Below the pieces are notes generated by a model. That model was not told where the DNA came from, searched no databases, and saw only the letters and a program-made list of their open reading frames with translations. 64,000 bases of DNA, from NCBI GenBank assembly GCA_019057795.1, contig JAHLWS010000082.1, positions 64,001 to 128,000 on the forward strand. The letters run 5' to 3'. This document shows positions 20,678 through 29,949 of the stretch, piece by piece. This DNA is from Promethearchaeota archaeon. GTDB taxonomy: Archaea; Asgardarchaeota; Lokiarchaeia; Sigyniarchaeales; SOKP01. Position 1 is the first letter of the stretch, and each line of letters starts with the position of its first letter. A program made the position numbers and the translations under genes.

Positions 20678-22493
20678 AGGTTGCAAGTTAATCTTTGTCA
20701 TCGACAAAAACAACCTCTCCTTTTTTTTGTACATTTTGATGATAGTCGTTTTCTGAAGCAATTGTAAGTCCCTTATATTCCCTACTCCTGGTGCGCCTCG
20801 TCGCAGTTGATTTTTTTATGCTCTCAGATAATTCTGCTCTTAATTGCTTGATGAGCTCCTCGGAATATTCTTTCACAATATCAGATCTTAATTCTTCGGT
20901 GGTACAGTGCTTTATACGCAGGTAGTCCTCACCTCGTGTCGCAACCATGTGAGCCACATTAGCTTTCGCAACTCTATTGAACAATGCTTGCTTTTCCTTC
21001 CCAAAACCTTGCTCAAGTTTCATGTTTGTTTTTATAATTTCTGGAAAACCATAATACTGAAACAATCCGGGCAAATAGGACGCCCACAAGCGGCACCATT
21101 CACCCATGATCTCTATAGCGGTTCTTTTTTTACTAGGCAAGAATGACTTGCAATCCTCTAATTGCAGTGTAGAATCCATCAACTTGGCATCACGGAGTAT
21201 TTGGGAATATATATCGCCAAGGCTTGCTTTCTTCACCGTTTTAGAAGTTTTATTATCACCAAACACACCCCGTATTTGTTGAAAGTTACGAAATAAGGGG
21301 AGCGAATGCTTATAATTTTCCTTTACTTCGTGCAATGCAATTTTTAGAACGGCTGCGGTTCTCACGGCTATTTTCGTGAATCGAAAGGTCGGGTCTAAAT
21401 CTTTTATAGTCTGCTCCATGTCTTCAACATACCCTTCTAATGTCTCGTAAAGCCACATCCCTCGCAATTCCTTAAATGTTTTATTACGGACCTTTATCAT
21501 GGCTTGAAAGTCCTTATCAACGCTCTCAAACACCTTTCGAACGGATATTTTTCCAACATTTTCAAAGTAGACCTTAGTGCTTTTAGATGCTGAATGGATG
21601 TATAAACCGTTAATGACCTTTCTAAGGGCTAAATACACGGTGCTATCCAGAGCGACCAAGTGGTTCCACGTATTTCTCAAGAAATGATATTGACAGTATT
21701 GATGCGGAATTTCAAGATAAAAAGTATCATGGCATTTAGTAATCACGTTTTGCTTATCGCTGACCCAGCCGATGATCTTAACCCCGTAAAGCTTGAGGAT
21801 TTCTTCAATAGTATTATATAAGACTTCATGATTGAACGAATCAAACTTGCGGGTGGCTAAGATTCGATTACTAATCAGGTCCATGAAACACCAAATCGAT
21901 GGAGCGTCTCTGCCAGGATCTTGGCCGTCTAGTCCAAGTAAGATATAGCCCTGCTCTTGAATGATTTCTAACGTCTTCTCATCTATCTTTAATGATTTTA
22001 ATTGTAAAATATCATCACACATTCGAGCAATCGTAGCGCTTGAAATGTCTAATTGATAGCTCGTGATCAATCGGTGGTGAATTTGGTCTGGTTTCTGATT
22101 AAAGAGTAAAAACTCATCTGCAACTAATCTAAAAACATCCGCTCCAAAGTATCCATCACCATAATCAAATCTAGGGCTTGGATTAAATGCTTTCTTGCTC
22201 ATTTCACAGACTTCATCCGAACAAGCGTAATAATTCATGACTTGATAGATATCGCCTTCTAGGGTGTGGACAAGCTTGCCTCCATCAGGATACTTGAACT
22301 TTACTTTACTTCCACAGACGATACAAGCCTTATTTAACTCTTTTGGATATGAAATCCTCACGGTTTCATGGTTTTCTGAATAAGTTTTGCGATTCATTAT
22401 AATATAAAGGGTCATGCTTCTATTTCAACTTTTTGTTAGTTTTGTCGCCAACCTTAAGCTCACATGAAGGGAACTAAGATTAACTTGCAACCT
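20678..22493 (-). mobile_element. Insertion sequence (IS256/Mutator-superfamily-like), ~1.8 kb
   Basis: Perfect 18 bp terminal inverted repeats AGGTTGCAAGTTAATCTT (20678-20695) / AAGATTAACTTGCAACCT (22476-22493); T9ATGA occurs in both flanks. Confidence 0.9.
20688..22415 (-). CDS. DDE transposase
   Basis: N-terminal Cys cluster, LGLDG (D1), VSDK (D2), CQYHFLRN (CxxH), TNMKLEQ (E); stop codon lies inside the TIR. Confidence 0.85.
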   Translation of the reverse strand: MTLYIIMNRKTYSENHETVRISYPKELNKACIVCGSKVKFKYPDGGKLVHTLEGDIYQVMNYYACSDEVCEMSKKAFNPSPRFDYGDGYFGADVFRLVADEFLLFNQKPDQIHHRLITSYQLDISSATIARMCDDILQLKSLKIDEKTLEIIQEQGYILLGLDGQDPGRDAPSIWCFMDLISNRILATRKFDSFNHEVLYNTIEEILKLYGVKIIGWVSDKQNVITKCHDTFYLEIPHQYCQYHFLRNTWNHLVALDSTVYLALRKVINGLYIHSASKSTKVYFENVGKISVRKVFESVDKDFQAMIKVRNKTFKELRGMWLYETLEGYVEDMEQTIKDLDPTFRFTKIAVRTAAVLKIALHEVKENYKHSLPLFRNFQQIRGVFGDNKTSKTVKKASLGDIYSQILRDAKLMDSTLQLEDCKSFLPSKKRTAIEIMGEWCRLWASYLPGLFQYYGFPEIIKTNMKLEQGFGKEKQALFNRVAKANVAHMVATRGEDYLRIKHCTTEELRSDIVKEYSEELIKQLRAELSESIKKSTATRRTRSREYKGLTIASENDYHQNVQKKGEVVFVDDKD

Positions 22494-22565
22494 TATATTT
22501 TTTTTTTTTTTATGAAATGAAAGATCATTAAAAACAAAAACAATACCTAATTATTTTAATAGAGT

Positions 22566-23921
22566 ATGGATATTTTTGACAAAGTTTTAGAGATTTACCA
22601 ACAATATTACATTTGCCCACATTGTTTAGGTAGAATGTTCTCCTTGTTAGGAACTGATACAACCAATTACGATAGAGGTATATCTCTCTTGCTGGCAATT
22701 ACTATGGAAAATCACAGAACATATTTAGCCCGAGACGAAGACCACGCGAGTGCTATCGTTAAATTAAGAACGCTAGCAGAAAAAGCGTTATACACGCCCG
22801 CTCAAAGCGTTTTAAAGAAAGAAGGTTTTGAATATAACAAGGTTAGTATAGTTGAAAAATGTTATTTGTGTGAAGATATTTTTACCCAAATCCATAAATA
22901 TGCCAAAAAAGCAGAAGAAAAACTCCAAAATATTGAGTTCAAAAACTTTCTTGTAGGAACTACCGTTAACTCTCAAATTGTCAACAGAGAAGATAACTTT
23001 AAAGCTCAATTCACTTTACTAAATTCTGAGTCGTTTAAAAGTCATTTTAACCGAGAAGTTGGAAAATGTCTATCAATAATTATAGAAAAACCCGTAGAAT
23101 TTGCCAAACCTGATATAACGGTTGTTTACTCGTTAAATCTTGACTCATTTGAAATTAATTTGCTCATAAGATCAATTTTTATCTATGGACGATATAATAA
23201 GTTTCTTAGAGGGATTCCACAAACTCATTGGGGCTGTAGGACATGTAGAGGAAAAGGCTGTGAAGAGTGCAATTTTTCTGGAAAGCAATATAAAACTAGT
23301 GTAGAAGAAATTATTAACCCAGAATTCGTTAATGAAGCAAAAGCAGAAGGCTCAAAGTTCCACGGGGCTGGGAGAGAGGATATTGATGTGAGGATGTTAG
23401 GGGAAGGTAGACCCTACATTTTAGAACTAATAAAACCTAAAATAAGATTTTTAGAGCTAGAAAAAATACAAAAAAAAGTTAACAAAAGAAACAAAAGAAA
23501 AGTTAGAATTAACGAGTTAAAGTATAGTAATAAAGAACAAGTTAAATCTCTAAAGCTAGACGCTGAAAACACCAGAAAGGTGTATAGAGCCTTGACTTAC
23601 TCTAATGAGAAAGTAACAAAAGAAAATTTTGGAGATTTATTAAAAAAATTAAAAGATACGCTTGAAAACAAAAAAATACATCAAAGAACACCTGTCAGAG
23701 TGTCTCATCGTCGTGCAGATAAAATTAGAAAAAAAAAAATCTATCTATTAGAAGGAAAATTCGTTAAACCGGGCGTATTTGAATTTCTCATTGAAACTCA
23801 GGGAGGAACTTACATTAAAGAACTCATAAGCGGCGATAATGGACGAACAACGCCATCAATTACGGAAATATTTGGTTTTTCAATTGTTTGTAAGAAATTA
23901 GATGTTCTAAAAATATGTTAG
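22566..23921 (+). CDS. pus10: tRNA pseudouridine(54/55) synthase Pus10
   Basis: CPHCLGR, GRYNK..RGIPQTHW, FHGAGREDIDVRMLG, QRTP.RV.HRR, GGTYIKELISGD. Confidence 0.97.
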   Translation: MDIFDKVLEIYQQYYICPHCLGRMFSLLGTDTTNYDRGISLLLAITMENHRTYLARDEDHASAIVKLRTLAEKALYTPAQSVLKKEGFEYNKVSIVEKCYLCEDIFTQIHKYAKKAEEKLQNIEFKNFLVGTTVNSQIVNREDNFKAQFTLLNSESFKSHFNREVGKCLSIIIEKPVEFAKPDITVVYSLNLDSFEINLLIRSIFIYGRYNKFLRGIPQTHWGCRTCRGKGCEECNFSGKQYKTSVEEIINPEFVNEAKAEGSKFHGAGREDIDVRMLGEGRPYILELIKPKIRFLELEKIQKKVNKRNKRKVRINELKYSNKEQVKSLKLDAENTRKVYRALTYSNEKVTKENFGDLLKKLKDTLENKKIHQRTPVRVSHRRADKIRKKKIYLLEGKFVKPGVFEFLIETQGGTYIKELISGDNGRTTPSITEIFGFSIVCKKLDVLKIC

Positions 23922-24032
23922 TTAACTTGTTAAAGTTGTTAAATCAAAAAATAAATAAATTATGTTTCATATTTTGTCTAAAATACTTGATTTTATAATA
24001 AAAAATAATTCAATATAGCGAAGGGAGTCAAT

Positions 24033-24338
24033 TTGACTTTACATAAAGGTTATAGAAATAAATCGCGTCAAAGACATAGGAAAAATGTACGAGATAGAGG
24101 TTTGGGTTCTATAGAAAAATACTTAATCGATTATGAAATCAACGATAAAGTGGATGTTATTACCGACCCATCGCAACATAAGAGAGGATTTCCCCACAGG
24201 AGATATCATGGGTTAACTGGCACGGTTATCGGTAAAAGAGGGCGCTGCTACGAAGTTCAGGTCAAAATAGGAAATAATAAGAAAATGTTAATAATTGGAA
24301 AGGAACATTTACGAACTAATAGGGGAACTGCAAAATAA
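24033..24338 (+). CDS. rpl21e: 50S ribosomal protein L21e
   Basis: GFPHRRYHGLTGTVIGKRGR, EHL. Confidence 0.96.
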   Translation: MTLHKGYRNKSRQRHRKNVRDRGLGSIEKYLIDYEINDKVDVITDPSQHKRGFPHRRYHGLTGTVIGKRGRCYEVQVKIGNNKKMLIIGKEHLRTNRGTAK

Positions 24339-24371
24339 TTTATAATATTAGCTAAAAAATCAGTGATTTGT

Positions 24372-24737
24372 ATGTCTGGACGTAAAATAAGTGAAAAAAC
24401 TATTTCTATACCCGAAGTAAAAAAAATGATGGAAATAGTTAAGCAAAGAAAAGAAAAAATTGACCCTGAAGAGGGACTTACTCATTTTCAAGAAATTACA
24501 TATAATTATGTAAATAAATTTGCTAAAATGAGCGAGAAAGATGCAATTAAAATTCAAAAATTTTTAATAGACAAATATGAAATCGAAGAAATTTACGCAA
24601 TAAATGTCGTAAACATTGATCCTCATACCATCCAAGAGCTTAGAATGATTTTAGAGAAAAGTTTCATTGGAAAAACATTAAATGAAGAAAATTTGCAAGA
24701 GCTTCTCGCTCAAATAGAAGAACTAAAAACTTCTTAA
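24372..24737 (+). CDS. rpo4: RNA polymerase subunit Rpo4 (F)
   Basis: Position in the conserved rpl21e-rpo4-DUF655-ksgA cluster; ISIPEVK, YVNKFAK, NIDP...ELR; ATG at 24372 preferred over GTG 24363. Confidence 0.9.
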   Translation: MSGRKISEKTISIPEVKKMMEIVKQRKEKIDPEEGLTHFQEITYNYVNKFAKMSEKDAIKIQKFLIDKYEIEEIYAINVVNIDPHTIQELRMILEKSFIGKTLNEENLQELLAQIEELKTS

Positions 24738-24891
24738 ACGGATTCTTACTATATATCTTTAAAAAGTAAGTTAAACAACGAAGAATTTATAAATTCTAAT
24801 TGTTTTAATTTTTATTGAGCAATCCTTATTAAAAAAGGAATATTCAAAATTTAAATAATTATGCATATCGGGAAAGTAAACAATAAGATAA

Positions 24892-25551
24892 TTGGTAGGT
24901 ATGGAAAGGAATCGAGATCGATACAGAAGGCCTCCTCGCAGACCCAAGTATCAAAGAAGAGAGCCAAGGAAAAAGAAACAATTTATCAAAAAATTTCGAG
25001 AACTAGTAATACTAGATATATTATTGCACGGTCATCCAGAAGAAGATAAACCTAGTTGGAGTAAAACACCAATTGCTCAAGTTCTTACTTTTCCGGACTT
25101 TGTCCTTTATGAAGTTAAATGTAATAGAGACTCTGAGATTAAAATTCAAGAAAAAAATACTTATGAAGTGTTTTTGATACAAAACAAACTTAAAGAAGTT
25201 TTGAAGAAAATTGATTATAAAGATTTAACAAACACTTCAAAAGCTCTAATTCAACCTATTCTTGAAAAAGAAATATTAAATTACGAAGAAGAATTCCTAA
25301 ATTTCTTTAATAACTCTACATCAATAACTCCAAGAATGCACTCTCTTAAGTTATTACCTGGCATCGGTCAAAAGCACATGTGGGAAATAATAGAGGCAAG
25401 AAATAGACAAAAATTCACAACCTTTCAAGATATAACTGACCGGACAAGTTTATCTCACCCCACAAAGCAGCTTGCTCAAAGAATAATCAAAGAATTGCAA
25501 CGTGAGGGAATAAAATATTACTTATTTTCGAAGACACGCAGATACGAATGA
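24892..25551 (+). CDS. DUF655 putative RNA-binding protein
   Basis: FFN...ITPRMHSLKLLPGIGQKHMW HhH motif, KYYLF; conserved synteny; start may be ATG 24901. Confidence 0.9.
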   Translation: MVGMERNRDRYRRPPRRPKYQRREPRKKKQFIKKFRELVILDILLHGHPEEDKPSWSKTPIAQVLTFPDFVLYEVKCNRDSEIKIQEKNTYEVFLIQNKLKEVLKKIDYKDLTNTSKALIQPILEKEILNYEEEFLNFFNNSTSITPRMHSLKLLPGIGQKHMWEIIEARNRQKFTTFQDITDRTSLSHPTKQLAQRIIKELQREGIKYYLFSKTRRYE

Positions 25552-26417
25552 ATAACATGAATAAAAGAGAAACTCAACTTATTTTAAATGAATTAGGAAT
25601 AATACCTAATAAAAGACTAGGCCAGAACTTTCTGTTTGACAAAACTATTGTAAAAAAAATAATATTAGAATCGCAAATTTCAGAAGACGAAGTAATATTA
25701 GAGATTGGCCCGGGTTTAGGCGCACTAACAGAAGAACTATTGAAGTTTTCTAAAAAAGTCTACGCTTATGAAATAGATTTTAAATTATTTCAATATCTTA
25801 AAGACAAATTTTCTCAAATTGAAAATATTGAGGTCATAAATGAGGATATATTAAAAGCAAATATTCCCCCACATAATATCATAGTCTCAAACATCCCTTA
25901 TTCCATTACTGGACCTATTTTTGAAAAAGTTTTTTATAACGAAAAACCTCCTCGAGGGATTTTAATAATTGAAAATAGTATTGCAGAAAGAATATTTATA
26001 CAAAATAAATACAAGGATTTCTCACGAATAACGGTTAGTTTCAACGCTTTCATGATACCTGTAAAAAAATATAATATCTCTCGATTAAAGTTTTTTCCAG
26101 CTCCAAGGATTGATTTATCTTTAATAATTGTTAAACCTAGAGAAAATCTTAACCCCTTTTTATTATCTGACAAGAATAGGGCGTTTTTTTTAAGGTTTAT
26201 CGCTGGAATAATGCCTTACAAGAATAAAAACATTGTAAATGCAATAAGTTTGTTTCTAAAGAATGAGAAGGTAATAAATTTTCCAAAACCAAAAATTCTT
26301 CAGTATTTAAAAAATCAAAATATAAATAATGAGAAAGTAACAAAATTTAAAGTCGACGAACTCGTGAAATTAAGCAAGTTAATCTTTGAATTAATATATG
26401 AATCCCCTTCAATTTAG
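25548..26417 (+). CDS. rsmA: 16S rRNA dimethyladenosine transferase KsgA/Dim1
   Basis: KRLGQNFL, LEIGPGLGALT, SNIPYSIT, FFPAPRIDL. Confidence 0.95.
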   Translation: MNNMNKRETQLILNELGIIPNKRLGQNFLFDKTIVKKIILESQISEDEVILEIGPGLGALTEELLKFSKKVYAYEIDFKLFQYLKDKFSQIENIEVINEDILKANIPPHNIIVSNIPYSITGPIFEKVFYNEKPPRGILIIENSIAERIFIQNKYKDFSRITVSFNAFMIPVKKYNISRLKFFPAPRIDLSLIIVKPRENLNPFLLSDKNRAFFLRFIAGIMPYKNKNIVNAISLFLKNEKVINFPKPKILQYLKNQNINNEKVTKFKVDELVKLSKLIFELIYESPSI

Positions 26418-27116
26418 ATGGTGAGAACAATATACTCTTTTCCTGAACCAAAGATCAATAATGTTTTTAACGATGTATATTCGCCTTCTGAAGATAGTTA
26501 CTTAATTATGGACTATTTTAGTGAAAATATCGATGAAAATTATTTTGATGGGTTTGAATTAGCTAAAATTAGAAACATCTTGGATATGGGCACTGGAACT
26601 GGAATAATCGCAATATTTTTACAGTTAATTAAAATTATTGTTCCAAAATTTTCACCTCAAATTTACGCTTCAGATATACTTGAAAATGCAATTAAATGCG
26701 CAATTTCAAACGAAAACGCTAATAATTTAGAAAATAAAATAGAATTTATCCAGTCGGATCTGTTTAAAACGTTTCCCTCTATTCTTCAGAACTCGTTTAA
26801 CATTTTAATTTTTAATCCACCCTACTTGCCTTCTATTAAGATTAAAAATGAAGATGGGGTTAAGAAAAACACCGATTATTGTTGGAATGGTGGAAAAGAG
26901 GGCTTTGAGGTATTCCTTGAATTTATTCGAGATGTCAAATCTTTTATTGATCCAAATCAAAAGTTTTACATTTATTATATCAGTTCAAGCACAACCAATT
27001 TAAAAAAATTGAACGATAATTTAAATATACAAGGCTTTAAGAACACAATTTTAAGGAAAAAGCATGTTTTTTTCGAAGATATTATTTTGAATCGTTTGGA
27101 AAAAAGATATGATTAA
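26418..27116 (+). CDS. HemK2/Mtq2-like methyltransferase
   Basis: VYSPSEDSYL, LDMGTGTG, FNPPYLP, WNGG. Confidence 0.9.
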   Translation: MVRTIYSFPEPKINNVFNDVYSPSEDSYLIMDYFSENIDENYFDGFELAKIRNILDMGTGTGIIAIFLQLIKIIVPKFSPQIYASDILENAIKCAISNENANNLENKIEFIQSDLFKTFPSILQNSFNILIFNPPYLPSIKIKNEDGVKKNTDYCWNGGKEGFEVFLEFIRDVKSFIDPNQKFYIYYISSSTTNLKKLNDNLNIQGFKNTILRKKHVFFEDIILNRLEKRYD

Positions 27117-28393
27117 AATGGCCTTCTAGTTCTACGTTTTTCTAATAATGAGACTCCATAGCTATTTAAAGTTCTTGATAAATTATTAAATAATAAATTA
27201 ACCTCGGCAGGTTTAAAAACAGCTCTTCTATGAGCTTCAATTTGAGGAATAGGTAAACCATAGTATTCATTTAAGCTAGAGATAGGCAAGAGGATAGACG
27301 ATATCAAATCGGCTTTTTCTGAAGCATCTTTTAAAGAGTGTTTCTCGTCCATAAAAAACTCAATTCTACATGGAGTATCATGAAGCGTGGTTTTAAGGTA
27401 AAACGCATAAAAACTAAAGGGAAAATAATATGGTATTTCTTTCTTTATACCGGTATCCCTAATTTTGTCAAGTTCCTTTTTACAATTGAAGATACAGCTT
27501 CTTTCTGATTTCTTTAAAACTCTATTGAATAAATCTAAATCGGAAAAATAGTCTACTATTTGGCGATAATTGATTTTTATAAAATCTGTTAATTTCGTAG
27601 TGCTTGGCTTCAACATCTGAATGGAATTCCTTATTAAATGGGTTAGTGCTGAAGTTCGCGTATCTTTTATTGAGCCTATTAATATTATTCCCTTTTCAAT
27701 ACAATTAGAATATAATGTTTGATATTCTTTCAATAATTTATCATATTTTATAGAAATCTCAAGATCTTTGGAAAAGATTAAATTTATAGGCATAATAACG
27801 ATTGAGCCATCTATAATAATTAAATCTATTGAGTTATTTTTTTCAATTAAATTATTTAAGAGTTTAATTTCCATAAAGGTCATATCCATAGAAACCTTAG
27901 TTTCCACAGCATTCTCTTCACAGTTTATGTAATTTGCTTTTACCATGTAATTATTAAACCCTGTTATGTCTGGAAAATAATCTATTTTAGAAATATGATT
28001 TTTATAGAAATAATAATTCACAGCTATGGCTTTCAAAAAGGAAAAATCTACATTCATGAACTTTTTTACTACAGAACTTCCATCGACGCTAACAACATTT
28101 AAACCTCTTATGTTTGAAGATGATATTTGCTTTTTAACTAGATTTTCTTTAATATTGTAATTAGGGTATTTTATAAATTCTGAAAAATCTAAATTCTCAC
28201 GATTATCAAGTAAACTTTTAGTAAATTTATTTTTTAAACGTTCAATTTCTAAGTATTCTTGAGCGATTATTTTTAAATCTATCAATAATAATTGTTCTTT
28301 TGTTAAACCTGATTCATTAGAACGAGTGGTATTTTTGATATATTGATTGGATTTGGTAACATTTGAATTTGAAAAATTATCTCTAATAGTCAT
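27113..28393 (-). CDS. nurA: NurA-family nuclease
   Basis: VDGS, IIIDGSI, GSIKD, RIEF, GLPIPQIEAHRRA. Confidence 0.85.
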   Translation of the reverse strand: MTIRDNFSNSNVTKSNQYIKNTTRSNESGLTKEQLLLIDLKIIAQEYLEIERLKNKFTKSLLDNRENLDFSEFIKYPNYNIKENLVKKQISSSNIRGLNVVSVDGSSVVKKFMNVDFSFLKAIAVNYYFYKNHISKIDYFPDITGFNNYMVKANYINCEENAVETKVSMDMTFMEIKLLNNLIEKNNSIDLIIIDGSIVIMPINLIFSKDLEISIKYDKLLKEYQTLYSNCIEKGIILIGSIKDTRTSALTHLIRNSIQMLKPSTTKLTDFIKINYRQIVDYFSDLDLFNRVLKKSERSCIFNCKKELDKIRDTGIKKEIPYYFPFSFYAFYLKTTLHDTPCRIEFFMDEKHSLKDASEKADLISSILLPISSLNEYYGLPIPQIEAHRRAVFKPAEVNLLFNNLSRTLNSYGVSLLEKRRTRRPF

Positions 28394-28489
28394 CTAAATT
28401 TATAATGAAGAGAGTTAATATTAATAACGATGAGAGATTAAATTTTATAATTTTTTTCCAATTCGAATCATTAGAACTCTTTAATAAAA

Positions 28490-29143
28490 ATGGCTATTAA
28501 TTTAGGAAGAGATCCATCGTTACTAATCGTTATTACATTTTTCGAGATTTTCTTAATCCTTATACCTGCTTTAATTGCTTCAAAAATAGAAAAAAGACCA
28601 ATTATCGAAGAATTTAGAGAAATGGGTTTTCAAAAGAAACCAAATAGTTTAAAAAATTTTTCCCTAAAAATTTTCCTTGGATTACTAATTGGAACCTTAT
28701 TTTATTTCTTTAGTAGTTTTGTTTTATCTTTTTTTACAAATTTTATAGTGCAAACTTTGTTTGGAACGCAATTTGTTGAGCAGGGGGTAGAAAATGCGAT
28801 CATTACAGCGCCTTTTAATCCCACAATTACCCAATTGATAATTATTATAACGATTCAAATAATTATTGTTGGTCCGTGTGAAGAAGGCTTTTTCAGAGGT
28901 TTTATTATAAAAAAAAGCCAGAAGAAAATGAAGCTAATATATTCAGTTATATTATCCACATTCATTTTCACAATTTATCATGTTCCTCCTTTCCTTGTCC
29001 CAGTATCAACAATTATTACTTTTTTCGGATATTTCTTCACGCTTGGAACTTTATTGGCTCTAACTTTCATATTTTTTAAGAATTCTTTACTCCCGAGCTC
29101 TATCGCTCATTCTATATTTAACATACTAATTCTAATATTATGA
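28490..29143 (+). CDS. CPBP/CAAX intramembrane metalloprotease (intact motifs)
   Basis: EEGFFRG, FTIYH, HSIFN. Confidence 0.9.
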   Translation: MAINLGRDPSLLIVITFFEIFLILIPALIASKIEKRPIIEEFREMGFQKKPNSLKNFSLKIFLGLLIGTLFYFFSSFVLSFFTNFIVQTLFGTQFVEQGVENAIITAPFNPTITQLIIIITIQIIIVGPCEEGFFRGFIIKKSQKKMKLIYSVILSTFIFTIYHVPPFLVPVSTIITFFGYFFTLGTLLALTFIFFKNSLLPSSIAHSIFNILILIL

Positions 29144-29316
29144 GTTTATGTATAATTATGATAAAATGTTTAAAAGTATTGAAAAATAAATAAAAAACAT
29201 ACATTTAAAAAATCTTGCAAAGATAAATATAATTAGTTCAATCGAAAACAATATTAATTAAATTTAAGGATCAATAAAACATAAAATTAAAAATAATTAC
29301 AAGTCGCTTATACGGG

Positions 29317-29856
29317 TTGAGGAAATTGACGGACTATGATTATACTTGGAAGATAATGATGTTAGGTGATGCAGCTGTTGGCAAAACCTCACTCACTATC
29401 AGATATATCTCTGGATTCTTCCTTTCTGACTTAAAACTAACCATTGGAGTAGATTTTTATTCCAAAACTACCAACCATAAAGGAAAAAAAGTCAAATTAC
29501 AAATATGGGATTTTGGTGGCGAGGAACGGTTTAGGTTTCTACTCCATCAATACTGTAAGGGTGCAAATGCAGCATTCTTTTTATACGATATAACTAATCG
29601 TCTTTCGTTAGATCACTTGCCAGACTGGACTCAGATCATTCGAGAACATGCAGGAGACATTCCCATTATGTTAATTGGTTCGAAGCTTGATTTAGAGGAA
29701 TTTAGAGCTGTTCCAAGAGAAGAAGGGATATTAGCGGCCAAGAAGTATAATTTATCGACATTTATAGAACTATCCTCCAAAACGGGGGAAAATGTTGAGA
29801 ACGCGTTTGATGGTATAACAGATACTCTTTTTGAAAAATATAAACCAAATGTTTGA
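29317..29856 (+). CDS. Rab-like small GTPase
   Basis: GDAAVGKT, TIGVDF, WDFGGEERF, GSKLDL, SSK. Confidence 0.93.
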   Translation: MRKLTDYDYTWKIMMLGDAAVGKTSLTIRYISGFFLSDLKLTIGVDFYSKTTNHKGKKVKLQIWDFGGEERFRFLLHQYCKGANAAFFLYDITNRLSLDHLPDWTQIIREHAGDIPIMLIGSKLDLEEFRAVPREEGILAAKKYNLSTFIELSSKTGENVENAFDGITDTLFEKYKPNV

Positions 29857-29949
29857 GCTTGCGTATTTATTTTTTTATAACGCCTATATAAAAAAATATA
29901 GACAAATAAAGATAAATAAGAAATAATTTAGAGAGTTAATATTTAATTT

